Shown here: positions 28,201 to 37,368 of the stretch, piece by piece | Layout of the letters: each line of letters starts with the position of its first letter | Position numbering within the stretch: position 1 is the first letter of the stretch | Source of the DNA: Polyangiales bacterium | Lineage (GTDB): Bacteria; Myxococcota_A; Polyangia; Polyangiales; Ga0077539 | DNA length: 64,000 nt | Assembly: GCA_044229975.1 (NCBI GenBank) | Contig: JBGARZ010000012.1 | Span: 224,001 to 288,000, forward strand | Direction of reading: 5' to 3' | Made by a program: the position numbers and the translations under genes | Notes under the pieces: generated by a model | The model's database searches: none | The model's input: only the letters and a program-made list of their open reading frames with translations | What the model was told of the DNA's origin: nothing

Positions 28201-28754
28201 CGGGGAGCTTCGGCACCGTCGCGACGCGCACGACGGTCAACTACAAGTCCGCGGCGTGGACGGCGGTGCGCGGCGCCGACCTGATGGTGCAGACCGAGGA
28301 CTACTCCTTCGGGTTTCGCACGCTGCTCGGCAACCAGAGCTTCGGCGCGTACATCGGCGCGACCTGGCCCTCGACCTGCGGAACCTCCTGGACCCGCTCG
28401 GGCGCCGACTTCGCCACGGGCCTCACGGCGACGCAGCAGCGGGCGTTCAACTTCGGGCTGCGCGCGCTCGACAGCAACTGCTCGTGCTTCCCGGGCTGCA
28501 ACGAGAATGTCGCGGTGGGCTTCCTCGCGGCGGAGTGCTGCTGGGTCAACGGCCTGGGCAATACGCCCGGCGGCCAGGCGTCGTGGCTCACCCACGACCT
28601 CTCGCTGCTGCGTGCCTCGCGCATCACCGCGGTGGCCTGCACCGCGGGCACCTACCCGTGCAACGCCAACGGACTCACCATCAGCGCGTCGGGCGAATGC
28701 TACGAGTACGACAACACCTGCAAGTCCCGCTACGCGCTCGTCTACGTGCGCTGA
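25281..28754 (+). CDS. Large Cys-rich repeat lipoprotein with C-terminal fibrinogen/intelectin-like domain
   Basis: Lipobox SSVGC; 19 counted repeats of D..[NHS]CG.C...C; C-terminal VYCEMTLNDGGWTLIGSV. Confidence 0.85.
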   Translation: MTPSWHRAIALLALLGVASSVGCTDALSVVGGPTSDASTTIDVASDITSTFDAPDTFDAPDVPRETRCGPAEQNCNNVCVDLASNATNCGACGLACGTRQVCLAGSCQDSCPPGQLTCAGHCVEPTTDRESCGSCGNRCVGDTVCAGGRCVDSCAVPAPDAGDAAAPATLTECRPVEGVRLCANLDNDRTNCGACNVRCPLGQTCYAGRCSVLCPAGQTFCTDRCVDVRSDSRNCGTCGNACPAGNVCSEGRCQVSCPASLTNCDGACRDAQNDSSNCGSCGTTCSAGQLCVAGTCRLSCPSGQTACGGACVNTTTDRSHCGACDNACPAGNVCSMGACALVCAAPLALCSGACADPRIDPTNCGSCGNACATGQVCRDGACVVSCPVGQTNCSGVCRDTDGDPAHCGACGNACPAGQVCSMGGCRFLCPVGQTVCAGTCVSTATDRDHCGMCGRVCPTSNVCSAGTCSLTCAAPLTRCGSGDTAGCVDPRVDSGNCGACGNVCPAGQVCQSGTCTVTCPPGQSICSGACRDLSSDIANCGACGSACAAGQICVGRSCVLSCPTGQTDCSGRCVSLQTDRDHCGACTTVCPTGNVCSGGACSLVCAAPLTLCAAGCADTRIDPVNCGSCGTLCAAGQACREGSCTITCPPGQTNCSGVCRDLNTDLAHCGGCGIACPAGQLCAVGTCRVSCPPGQTNCSGTCRDTASDPANCGACGTACPAGQVCGSGTCRLSCPAGQAACGSACVSTTTDRDNCGGCGTRCPTGNVCVASACVLDCASPLTRCGSGLTAACVDTRLDPANCGTCGTVCAAGRTCQSSACVVTCPPGQTNCSGTCRDTAVDGSNCGACGTVCGAGRVCAAGSCTSSCMSGQTTCGGSCVNAQTDDANCGTCGTVCSGATSCVAGACVPYVSCNALHVGRPALPSGEYDIAPVSSGSSVRVYCEMTLNDGGWTLIGSVVNGGTRAWSTLETFRDAGSFGTVATRTTVNYKSAAWTAVRGADLMVQTEDYSFGFRTLLGNQSFGAYIGATWPSTCGTSWTRSGADFATGLTATQQRAFNFGLRALDSNCSCFPGCNENVAVGFLAAECCWVNGLGNTPGGQASWLTHDLSLLRASRITAVACTAGTYPCNANGLTISASGECYEYDNTCKSRYALVYVR

Positions 28755-28770
28755 CTCTCTCCTCTCATCA

Positions 28771-30750
28771 TCAGTGACCGCAGCCGTCGCGCGGCGGGGT
28801 GATCACCCGGCGCGGCGGCGGCAGCAGCCCTGACGTTCGCGGTGTGAGCGTCACGTCGCGGGTCTCGTCGACGCTCAGCGTGGCGCGCGAGAAGTCGGCG
28901 CGCGTGCTGTGCAGCTCGGCCTCGACGCGGAGACGCACGCGGTTGTCGCGCACGATGGCGTCGAAGACGTCCATGGGGATGTCGCGCGGGGCGACGAGGT
29001 ATCCGCTCCAGGTGCCGTCGTTGCCGCCGCCGAGAGCGTCCCAGCGGTCGAGGGGGATGCGGGCGGTGGTTCCGGGCACCGAGAGGGTGGCGACCTGCGG
29101 GAGGTTGCGGAGCGATCGACCGCCTTGACCGACGTCGAAGGACAGCGCGTAGCTCAGTGTGTGCACGGCGGGGAAGGCCGTGACGCGGAGTGTTTCGATG
29201 GCGAGCGAGTCGGGCGCGAGGGCGGCCTGGTGCACGTCGATGACGCCATCGGAGTCGGCGTCGCCGAGACCGACCTCGGCCCAGAAGACGTCGTCGCGGA
29301 CGTCGTCGTTGAGGGTGCTCGCGTTGGCCATGAGGGTGCCGGCCCACTGCATGGTTCCGCCCGCGTCGGTGTAGCGATCGGTGGCGCCGAAGGTGTGACC
29401 GAGCTCGTGGGCGAGCAGCGACGGCATGAGGGAGTTTTGCGCGATGCGCTGCGTGCGGAAGACCATGCCGCCATAGGGGCCGAGGTCGACGGTGGGCGAG
29501 TAGACGAGGGTGCGGTCGTGGTCCTGATCGAAGCCGCGGAGGCAGCCGCGCGCCTGGAGCCACGCCTCGGTCTGGCGGTGCAGCACCTCCGGGGCGACGC
29601 TACCGGATGGTAGGCCGATGGTGGCGCTGCGGAGCCCGGCGAGAACGGTCCAGCGCCACGACACGGCGGGGCGGCCGATGCGGGCGGTGGAGACGCGGCT
29701 GTACCAGTGCTCGATCTCGTCGAGGCCGAGCTCGGCGCGGAGCTCGGCGGAGCGGTCAGTGCAGGGGTCGGCGGCGGGGGCATGGGTGTCGTCGACGAGC
29801 ACGAGCAGCACACGCTGCGGACCCGCGAGGGGCGTCGCAGAGAAGGCCACGGAGGTGAGGCCGCGGAGACAACGGCCGTCGCTGCACACGCCGCCGCCGG
29901 CGCAGTCCGACGACACGCAGCACTGCGCGGCCGGGTAGAACACCCCGCCGCAACACCTCGCCTCGCCGTAGTTGCCGCTGGGCCCGGCGATGAACTCCGG
30001 AAACCACCGCTCGCCGCAGTGCAGACCCTGGTTGTCGGGATAGCGCACCGGGATGAAGAGGGGCCATCCGCCGCGGGTGTCGACGCCGTCGATGCCGACG
30101 GTGGCCGCGACCTGTCGCCCCGGGTCGAGCGCGTTGCCGATGGTGGCGCGCATGTGCACGGTGACCTGCACCGAAGCGCCCGCGGCGACCGTGTGGGTCG
30201 ATGCGGAGGCGGGCTCTTCGGACTCGATGACCCACCCGTTGAGGGGGCTGACGTGCCATGTGAGCGAGCGCTCGGATGGAGAGGTGTTGCGGATGGAGAA
30301 CACCACGGTCTGCGAGGCGCCGATGGGGGCGTCGGTGGGGAGGGTGATGGCGGAGCGTTCCCAGCCGTCGCGGTCGTAGGTGCCCGTGACGATGGGAGGC
30401 GCGGCGAAGCAGACACCCGCGCGCACCTCGCCGTGGCAACGGAGGGCGTACTCGGCGGCGACGCATGGCGCGTGGCAGAGGCCCGCGGGGTCGAGGAGGC
30501 CGTCACAGGCGGTTCCGGCGGCGCAGCGGGTGGCGGGGACATCGGTGACGGGAGGGACGTCGGTGACGGGAGGGACATCGGTGACGGGAGGGACGTCGGT
30601 AGAGGGTGGGTGGTCGACTGGCACATCGACCGGCACGGGGACGTCTGTGTCACCGCCCGCGTCGGGTTGAGCCGTGGGCGGCGGGGACGTGGAGTCGCCG
30701 CATCCGTGGATGATCGTCGCGAGAACCAGGGTCGTCAGCGCTGTCTTCAT
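28771..30750 (-). CDS. Lipoprotein with zinc metallopeptidase motif
   Basis: MKTALTTLVLATIIHGC, TDVPPV tandem repeats, LAHELGHTFGATD and a downstream TLM (Met-turn-like). Confidence 0.75.
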   Translation of the reverse strand: MKTALTTLVLATIIHGCGDSTSPPPTAQPDAGGDTDVPVPVDVPVDHPPSTDVPPVTDVPPVTDVPPVTDVPATRCAAGTACDGLLDPAGLCHAPCVAAEYALRCHGEVRAGVCFAAPPIVTGTYDRDGWERSAITLPTDAPIGASQTVVFSIRNTSPSERSLTWHVSPLNGWVIESEEPASASTHTVAAGASVQVTVHMRATIGNALDPGRQVAATVGIDGVDTRGGWPLFIPVRYPDNQGLHCGERWFPEFIAGPSGNYGEARCCGGVFYPAAQCCVSSDCAGGGVCSDGRCLRGLTSVAFSATPLAGPQRVLLVLVDDTHAPAADPCTDRSAELRAELGLDEIEHWYSRVSTARIGRPAVSWRWTVLAGLRSATIGLPSGSVAPEVLHRQTEAWLQARGCLRGFDQDHDRTLVYSPTVDLGPYGGMVFRTQRIAQNSLMPSLLAHELGHTFGATDRYTDAGGTMQWAGTLMANASTLNDDVRDDVFWAEVGLGDADSDGVIDVHQAALAPDSLAIETLRVTAFPAVHTLSYALSFDVGQGGRSLRNLPQVATLSVPGTTARIPLDRWDALGGGNDGTWSGYLVAPRDIPMDVFDAIVRDNRVRLRVEAELHSTRADFSRATLSVDETRDVTLTPRTSGLLPPPRRVITPPRDGCGH

Positions 30751-30915
30751 GAGGACACCTCCGTGTCGATGTGGAGGTGCGAAGCAACGCGAAGGCCAAC
30801 GCGGAGGAGAGCGACGGAGGCGGGAGTCGGGACGACGTGCCGCAGGGCGATGAGGGTAGGGCGGTGTGCCAGGTTGGGGCGGCCCTATCGAGGTAGTCGC
30901 GCCGTGGCTACCGAC

Positions 30916-30945
30916 TTGCACCTCTTCTCTACCAGATGGTAAGGA
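30916..30945 (+). promoter_or_regulatory. Candidate promoter and TetR operator
   Basis: TTGCAC (30916) with palindrome TACCA-GA-TGGTA (30930-30941) just upstream of the TetR start. Confidence 0.45.
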
Positions 30946-30954
30946 CGCGCCGCG

Positions 30955-31614
30955 ATGGCGACGAGCGAGAGGAGCGAGGTGCGGGCGGCGGTCGTTCGTG
31001 AGGCCACGCGGCTCTTCGCCGAGCGCGGCTTCGACGGGACGGCGTTGCAGGACATCGCGGCCGCCGTCGGCGTCTCCAAGCCCGCCGTGCTGCACTACTT
31101 CCCCTCCAAGGAGCACGTTCGCGACGCGGTGCTCGATGGGTTTCTCGCCCACTGGAAGGAGGCGCTCCCGCGGCTGCTCTTCGCCGCGCCGACGGGCGTC
31201 GGGCGCTTCGAGGCCATCTTCGGGGCGGTGCGGCAGTTCTTCGCCGATGACCCCGATCGCTCGCGGCTGATGCTGCGCGAGATGCTCGATCGACCCGACG
31301 CGCTCCGCGCCCTCTTGCGCGAGGCGGTGCGGCCCTGGCTCGCCGCCATCGCGGGCTTCATCCGCGCGGGGCAAGCGGGCGGGACGCACCACCCCGACCT
31401 CGACCCCGAAGCCTATCTCCTCCAGATGCTCCAGATCACCATCGCGGCGGGGGTCTCCAACACCGTGCTGCCGGTGGCGCTCGACGACGACCTCGCCAAG
31501 GGCCGCGCCCGCAGCGACCGCGAGCTCGACCGCATCGCCCGCACCGCCCTCTTCGTCACCATCGACCCGAAGCCCACCACCGCACCCAAGAAGCGCCGCC
31601 CTTCCAAGCGGTAA
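30955..31614 (+). CDS. TetR/AcrR family regulator
   Basis: ATRLFAERGFDGTALQDIAAAVGVSKPAVLHYFPSKE. Confidence 0.95.
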   Translation: MATSERSEVRAAVVREATRLFAERGFDGTALQDIAAAVGVSKPAVLHYFPSKEHVRDAVLDGFLAHWKEALPRLLFAAPTGVGRFEAIFGAVRQFFADDPDRSRLMLREMLDRPDALRALLREAVRPWLAAIAGFIRAGQAGGTHHPDLDPEAYLLQMLQITIAAGVSNTVLPVALDDDLAKGRARSDRELDRIARTALFVTIDPKPTTAPKKRRPSKR

Positions 31615-31628
31615 GGACAACACCCCCA

Positions 31629-33545
31629 ATGGCCAGCTTCCTCACGGACAACGACGACCTACGGTTCTATCTGGAGCGCGGACTCGACTGGGACTCGCTG
31701 GTCGAAGTCACCGAGTACGGGTACCGCACGCCCGACGGGTACAAAGACCCGGCCGAGGCGCGGAAGTCCTACGCCGAGATCGCGACCATGATGGGCGAGC
31801 TCGTCGCCAAGGAGCTCGGTCCGCGCGCCGCGCGCATCGACCGCGAGGACAACACCCTCGAAGACGGCGAGGTGCGGGAGGGCGCTTCGATGGCTGCTTT
31901 CTTCGCGGCGCTCAAGGACGCTGAGGTGCACCGGCTGTGCATTCCGCGCGAGCTCGGCGGGCTCAACGCGCCGCTCACGCTGTACTTCCTCATCGCCGAG
32001 ATGGTGGCGCGCGGGGACGTCTCCGCGATGACCCACTTCTCGTTTCACGGCGGCATGGCCATGGCGATGCTCGCGTACTCCATCCACGAGGGCAGCACGC
32101 GCTTCGACGTCGCAGCCGGGCGCATCGCGGAGACACGCTTCGGCGACTACATCGAGGAGATCGCGCGGGGCGACGCCTGGGGCTGCATGGACATCACCGA
32201 GCCCGATGCCGGGTCGGACATGGCGCGGCTGCGCACCCGCGGCGAGCTCGGCGCCGACGGGCAGTGGCGTGTCTACGGAGAGAAGATCTTCATCACCTCG
32301 GGACACGGGAAGTTCCACTTCGTCATCGCCCGCACCGAGGAGGCCGGCAGCGGCGACGATGCGTTTGCGGGGCTCAAGGGCCTGTCGATGTTTCTGGTGA
32401 AGGCCTTCGACGAGCAGCCCGATGGGACGCGGGTGAGGCACGTCTCGGTGGAGCGGCTGGAGGAGAAGCTCGGGCACCACGGGTCGGTGACGGCGGCGCT
32501 GCTCTTCGACGGAGCGCCCGCGCAGCTCATCGGCCAGCGGGGCGAAGGCTTCAAGTACATGCTCGTGCTGATGAACAACGCCCGCGTGGGCGTGGCCTTC
32601 GAGTCCATCGGGCTCGCCGAGTGCGCGTTTCGCATGGCGCGGGAGTACGCGGCGGGGAGGCGTTCGATGGGCAAGGCCATCGCGCAGCACGAGATGATCG
32701 CCGACCTGCTCGACGAGATGGAGAGCGACCTGCTGGGGCTGCGGGCGCTCGCGGCGACGTCGGCCTTCCACGAAGAGATGGCGCAGAAGATGGCGCTGCT
32801 GGAGCGCTTCACCGACACCGGGACGGATGCGGAGAAGGCGCGGGTGAAGCGCGACCTGCCGCGGCACCGGGCGCGCTCGCGGCGGTACACGCCGCTGCTC
32901 AAGTACCTCGCGGCGGAGAAGGCCGTGGAGATCGCGCGGCGCAACGTGCAGATCCACGGCGGCGTCGGGTACACGAAGGAGTACGGCGCGGAGAAGCTGC
33001 TGCGCGACGCGCTGGTGCTGCCGATCTACGAGGGGACGAGCCAGATCCAGTCGCTGATGGCGATGAAGGACACGCTGCTCGGCATCATCAAGCGGCCACA
33101 GGCCTTTCTGCGAAAGCTGGGGCAGGCACGGTGGCGGGCGATGACCGCGACAGACGCGCTGGAGAAGCGGCTCGCGGCGGTGTCGGTGCTGTCGCTGTCG
33201 GCACAGCAGCACCTGCTGACGCGCACGGCGGCGGACAAGTTCAAGACCCTGGGCGGGACGCCGGTGGGTGATTGGAAGGCGACGCTGACGAAGGACTGGG
33301 ACCCGAAGCGCGACTTCGCGCTGGCGATGCTGCACGCCGAGCGGCTCACGCGGCTGCTGGCGGACGAGGCCATCGCGGAGATCCTGTGGGAGCAATCGCA
33401 GAAGCACCCCGAGCGGCGCGAGGTGCTGTCGCGCTGGCTCGATCGGTGCGAGCTGCGGGACCGGGCGCTGCACGAGGAGATCACGACGACGGGCGAGCGG
33501 ATGCTGGCGAAGCTGGCGGCGCAGCGGGCGGGGGTGGGGGCGTGA
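31629..33545 (+). CDS. Acyl-CoA dehydrogenase
   Basis: ITEPDAGSD, GEKIFITSG, EEKLGHHGS, QIHGGVGY, IYEGTSQIQ. Confidence 0.95.
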   Translation: MASFLTDNDDLRFYLERGLDWDSLVEVTEYGYRTPDGYKDPAEARKSYAEIATMMGELVAKELGPRAARIDREDNTLEDGEVREGASMAAFFAALKDAEVHRLCIPRELGGLNAPLTLYFLIAEMVARGDVSAMTHFSFHGGMAMAMLAYSIHEGSTRFDVAAGRIAETRFGDYIEEIARGDAWGCMDITEPDAGSDMARLRTRGELGADGQWRVYGEKIFITSGHGKFHFVIARTEEAGSGDDAFAGLKGLSMFLVKAFDEQPDGTRVRHVSVERLEEKLGHHGSVTAALLFDGAPAQLIGQRGEGFKYMLVLMNNARVGVAFESIGLAECAFRMAREYAAGRRSMGKAIAQHEMIADLLDEMESDLLGLRALAATSAFHEEMAQKMALLERFTDTGTDAEKARVKRDLPRHRARSRRYTPLLKYLAAEKAVEIARRNVQIHGGVGYTKEYGAEKLLRDALVLPIYEGTSQIQSLMAMKDTLLGIIKRPQAFLRKLGQARWRAMTATDALEKRLAAVSVLSLSAQQHLLTRTAADKFKTLGGTPVGDWKATLTKDWDPKRDFALAMLHAERLTRLLADEAIAEILWEQSQKHPERREVLSRWLDRCELRDRALHEEITTTGERMLAKLAAQRAGVGA

Positions 33546-34453
33546 GCGTCTCCAACCGATTCCTGCTGGACCAGGGGCCGATGCTGGCGACGCTCGCCCG
33601 CGTGGCGGTCTCGTCGTTGCGGAAGCCCACGGTGGGTGGGACGCCGAGCGCGCCTGGGGAATGGCTGGAGGTCGAGCTGCCGCCGCGGCCCGACGCGCTG
33701 GTCAACGCCTACGTGCGCCACGTCGGGGGCGACGTGAGCGCGTACAAGAAGACGCTGCCGGTGCACCTCTTCCCGCAGTGGGCAGTGCCGGTCGCGGCGC
33801 GAACGCTGGAGGGCCTTCCCTACCAGATGGTCAAGGTGCTCAACGCGGGGTGCAGCGTGACGGTCAACGGGCCGCTGCCGCGCGGTGAGGCGCTGGTGGT
33901 GCGGGCGCGGCTGGAGTCCGTGGACGACGACGGGCGACGGGCCATCCTGACGCAGCGGGTGGTCACCGGGACGCGCAGCAGCCCCGACGCGCTGGTGACG
34001 GACATCCGGGCGTATGTTCCGCTGGAGGGCGCGAAGGGCGGGGCGAAGAAGGAGCACCGGGGGGTCGCGCTCGACGCGCGGGAGATCGGGTCGCTGCGGG
34101 TGGGAGCCGACGCCGGGATGGACTTCGCGCGGCTCACGGGCGACCTGAACCCCATCCATTGGCTGGCGCCGTACGCGCGGGCCTTCGGGTACAAGCGGCC
34201 CATCCTGCATGGGTTCGCGACGCTCGCGCGGGCCGTGGAGGTGTTGCAGCGCGGGCGGTTTGCGGGGGACGTGCACCGGCTGCGGACGGTGGACGCGCGC
34301 TTCAGTCGGCCGCTGGTGCTGCCCGCGCGGGTCAATGTGTACCTCGTGGGGAGCGATCGCCTCGCGGTCGCGGATGCGCCGGGGGCGGCGCCGTATCTCG
34401 ATGCGACGTTCTCGGTGTCGGATTCCGGCGCTCTCACGAACGCCGGTTCCTGA
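33542..34453 (+). CDS. MaoC-type double hot-dog dehydratase
   Basis: FARLTGDLNPIH...ARAFG..PILHG hydratase motif; GTGA overlap with the upstream gene. Confidence 0.9.
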   Translation: MSVSNRFLLDQGPMLATLARVAVSSLRKPTVGGTPSAPGEWLEVELPPRPDALVNAYVRHVGGDVSAYKKTLPVHLFPQWAVPVAARTLEGLPYQMVKVLNAGCSVTVNGPLPRGEALVVRARLESVDDDGRRAILTQRVVTGTRSSPDALVTDIRAYVPLEGAKGGAKKEHRGVALDAREIGSLRVGADAGMDFARLTGDLNPIHWLAPYARAFGYKRPILHGFATLARAVEVLQRGRFAGDVHRLRTVDARFSRPLVLPARVNVYLVGSDRLAVADAPGAAPYLDATFSVSDSGALTNAGS

Positions 34454-34485
34454 AGCCTTTTCATTGTGACTTTGGAGATGAGCTC

Positions 34486-35910
34486 ATGAGTGATCTGCTG
34501 GTCGAACTCGGTCGTAACCCCAACGCGCGGCGCTTCGTGCAGGCGCTCGGGCTGCCACTGCCATTGCCGACGGCGCTGCGGCGCGCGAAGGGTCCATTGC
34601 CGTCGCAACCGCTCACCGATCAGACCGTGGTCGTCGGGGCGAGCGATGCGGGAGAGCTCGTCGACATGCTCGCGGCGACGCTCCCGGCGGCGGGCGCCAA
34701 CCCGGTGCTGGTGCTGTCGCAGACGCAGGCGTTTGCGGCGCCGGGCGAGGCGCATGGGCGTCCGGCGAAGGCGGCGGATGCGTTGCCCGAAGGGGCGCGG
34801 GTCGAGGCGCTGGTCTACGACGCGACGGGGCTCAGCGGCGCGGAAGCGCTCGGGGCCCTGCACAGCTTCTTCCAGCCGTGGGTGGGGCGACTCGCGCGCT
34901 CGGGGCGGGTGCTGGTGCTGGGTCGACCCGTCGACGAAGCGGGGCTGTCGGCCGACGCCGCGGCGGCGCAGTCGTCGCTCGACGGCTTCGTGAAGAGCCT
35001 CGCCAAGGAGCTCGGTCGCAACGGCGTGACGGCCAACCTGCTGCGCGTCGAGACCGGCGCCGAAGCGCTCGCCGGACCGGTGCTGCGATGGGTGCTCTCG
35101 CAGCGATCGGCCTTCGTCTCGGGGCAGCCGCTGCGGGTGTCACGCACTGCCGCCATCGGCGACGTGCAGATCACGGTGCGGCCGCTGGAGAAGCGCGTGG
35201 CCCTGGTGACGGGTGCGGCGCAGGGCATCGGCGCGGCGACGGCGCGGGCGCTCGCGGCGGAGGGCGCCCATGTGCTGTGCCTCGATCGCCCGCAGGAGGA
35301 TGCGGCGACGGCGAAGCTCGCGCGGGACATCCACGGGACGCCGGTGCTGGCCGATCTGTCGGACCTCGACGCGGCGATCGCGACGGTGCGCGCGGCGGTG
35401 GAGGCGCGGGGCGGTATCGACGTGATGGTGCACAACGCGGGCGTGACGCGCGACCGAACGATGGCGCGCATGAAGCGTGAGCACTGGGACGCGGTGCTGG
35501 GCATCAACCTGCGCGCGGTGCTGGCGATGGACGCGGCGCTCGACCCGCTGCTGCGAGAGCGCGGGCGGGTGGTGTGCCTGTCGAGCATCGCGGGCATCTC
35601 CGGCAACGTGGGCCAGACGGCCTACGCCGCGAGCAAGAGCGCGCTCATCGGGTGGGTGCGGGCGCGGGCGAAGGAGACGGCGGCGCGCGGGGTGACCGTC
35701 AACGCGGTGGCGCCGGGCTTCATCGAGACGCGGATGACGGCGGCCGTTCCGGTGGCGATTCGCGAGGCGGGGCGGCGGCTCTCGGCGCTGGGTCAGGGCG
35801 GGATGCCGGAGGATGTCGCGGGGGCCATCACCTTCCTGGCGACGCCGGCGGCGCAGGGGGTGACGGGGCAGGTGTTGCGGGTGTGCGGCGGGGCGTTTCT
35901 GGGTGCGTGA
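34486..35910 (+). CDS. 3-oxoacyl reductase, high-molecular-weight FabG4-like SDR
   Basis: Degenerate N-terminal domain, then VALVTGAAQGIG, HNAGVTRD, YAASK, NAVAPGFIET. Confidence 0.92.
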   Translation: MSDLLVELGRNPNARRFVQALGLPLPLPTALRRAKGPLPSQPLTDQTVVVGASDAGELVDMLAATLPAAGANPVLVLSQTQAFAAPGEAHGRPAKAADALPEGARVEALVYDATGLSGAEALGALHSFFQPWVGRLARSGRVLVLGRPVDEAGLSADAAAAQSSLDGFVKSLAKELGRNGVTANLLRVETGAEALAGPVLRWVLSQRSAFVSGQPLRVSRTAAIGDVQITVRPLEKRVALVTGAAQGIGAATARALAAEGAHVLCLDRPQEDAATAKLARDIHGTPVLADLSDLDAAIATVRAAVEARGGIDVMVHNAGVTRDRTMARMKREHWDAVLGINLRAVLAMDAALDPLLRERGRVVCLSSIAGISGNVGQTAYAASKSALIGWVRARAKETAARGVTVNAVAPGFIETRMTAAVPVAIREAGRRLSALGQGGMPEDVAGAITFLATPAAQGVTGQVLRVCGGAFLGA

Positions 35911-35925
35911 CCGATCGGTAAGGGA

Positions 35926-37230
35926 GTGACGAACATGAACGCGAACAACGGTCGGCGGGCGGTGGTGGTGGCGGGGGCGAGGACGCCGTTCGTGAAGGCG
36001 TTTGGGGAGTTCACGACGATGGACACCATCGCGCTGGGGGCGGCGGCGGCGCGCGGGGCGATGGCGCAGGCGGGCCTCGGCGTGAGGGACATCGACTCGG
36101 TGGTGTGGGGCGGCGTCATCCTGCCGAGCGGGTCGCCCAACGTGGGTCGCGAGATCGCGCTCGACCTGGGGCTCGACCCACGCGCAGAAGCGATGACCGT
36201 GACGCGGGCGTGCGCGTCGGGCTTGCAGGCCATCACGCTGGCGGCGGCGGCCATCGAGCGCGGTGAGGCCGACGTGGTGCTGTGCGGCGGGAGCGACTCG
36301 ACCAGCAACGCGGAGATCAAGCTGCCGCAGAAGGTGGTTCATGCGCTGGCGCCGCTGGCGCTGGGCAAGCCGACGCCCGCGGACTACCTCGGGGTGGTCG
36401 GGAAGATGTGGCCGCCGTCCGAGGTGCTGCCGCGGCAGCCGAGGATCGCCGAGCGCTCGACGGGCGAGGTGATGGGCGAGGCGGCCGAGCGGATGGCGAC
36501 GCGCAACGAGATCAGTCGCGCGGCGCAGGACGAGTTCGCGCTGCGGTCGCACCAGCGGGCGGCGGCGGCGATGGCGAGCGGGCGCTTCGACGACGAGGTG
36601 ATCGCGGTGACCACGCCGGAGGGCAAGACCGTGCACGCCGACGGGCTGGTGCGCGCGGAGAGCTCGCTGGAGAAGCTGGGGAAGCTGCGGGCGGTGTTCA
36701 AGAAGGGCGGAACGCTCACGGCGGGCAACAGCAGCCCGCTGACGGACGGCGGTGCGGCGGTGGTGCTGATGAGCGAGGCGAAGGCGCGCTCACTGGGGCT
36801 CAAGCCGCGGGCGGCGTTTCGGTCGTGGGCCTACGTGGGCGTCGACCCGGCGGACCAGTTGCTGATGGGCCCGGCGCTGGCGATGCCACTGGCGCTGGAG
36901 CGAGCGGGCTTGTCGCTGGCGGACATGGACCTGGTGGACGTTCACGAGGCCTTCGCGGCGCAGGTGCTGAGCGTGCTGAAGATGCTCGGCAGCGAGGCGT
37001 TTGCGAAGGCGCGGCTGGGGCGTGAGAGCGCCGTGGGCGTGGTGGCGGACGAGCGACTCAACGTGCACGGCGGGTCGCTGGCATTGGGTCACCCGTTTGG
37101 CGCGACGGGCGCGCGGATGGTGACGACGATGGCCAACGAGCTGGCGCGGACGGGGAAGAAGACGGCGTTGTTGGGCATCTGCGCGGCGGGCGGACTCGGC
37201 GCGGCGGCGGTGCTCGAACGGGTGGAGTGA
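35926..37230 (+). CDS. Acetyl-CoA C-acyltransferase (thiolase)
   Basis: RTPF, RACASGLQA, HEAFAAQ, GGSLALGHPFGATG, CAAGGLG. Confidence 0.96.
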   Translation: MTNMNANNGRRAVVVAGARTPFVKAFGEFTTMDTIALGAAAARGAMAQAGLGVRDIDSVVWGGVILPSGSPNVGREIALDLGLDPRAEAMTVTRACASGLQAITLAAAAIERGEADVVLCGGSDSTSNAEIKLPQKVVHALAPLALGKPTPADYLGVVGKMWPPSEVLPRQPRIAERSTGEVMGEAAERMATRNEISRAAQDEFALRSHQRAAAAMASGRFDDEVIAVTTPEGKTVHADGLVRAESSLEKLGKLRAVFKKGGTLTAGNSSPLTDGGAAVVLMSEAKARSLGLKPRAAFRSWAYVGVDPADQLLMGPALAMPLALERAGLSLADMDLVDVHEAFAAQVLSVLKMLGSEAFAKARLGRESAVGVVADERLNVHGGSLALGHPFGATGARMVTTMANELARTGKKTALLGICAAGGLGAAAVLERVE

Positions 37231-37368
37231 TGTCTCATCGCGACGACGTGTGCGGCTTCGAGACGACACCCGCGCTCGTCTCCCATCGCGCAAACCCACG
37301 GTGACTCCGCGCTGGCCGACGCCGTGCACGGGGCTCCGATCGTTCTTCCAACGAACGGAGTCCACGCC

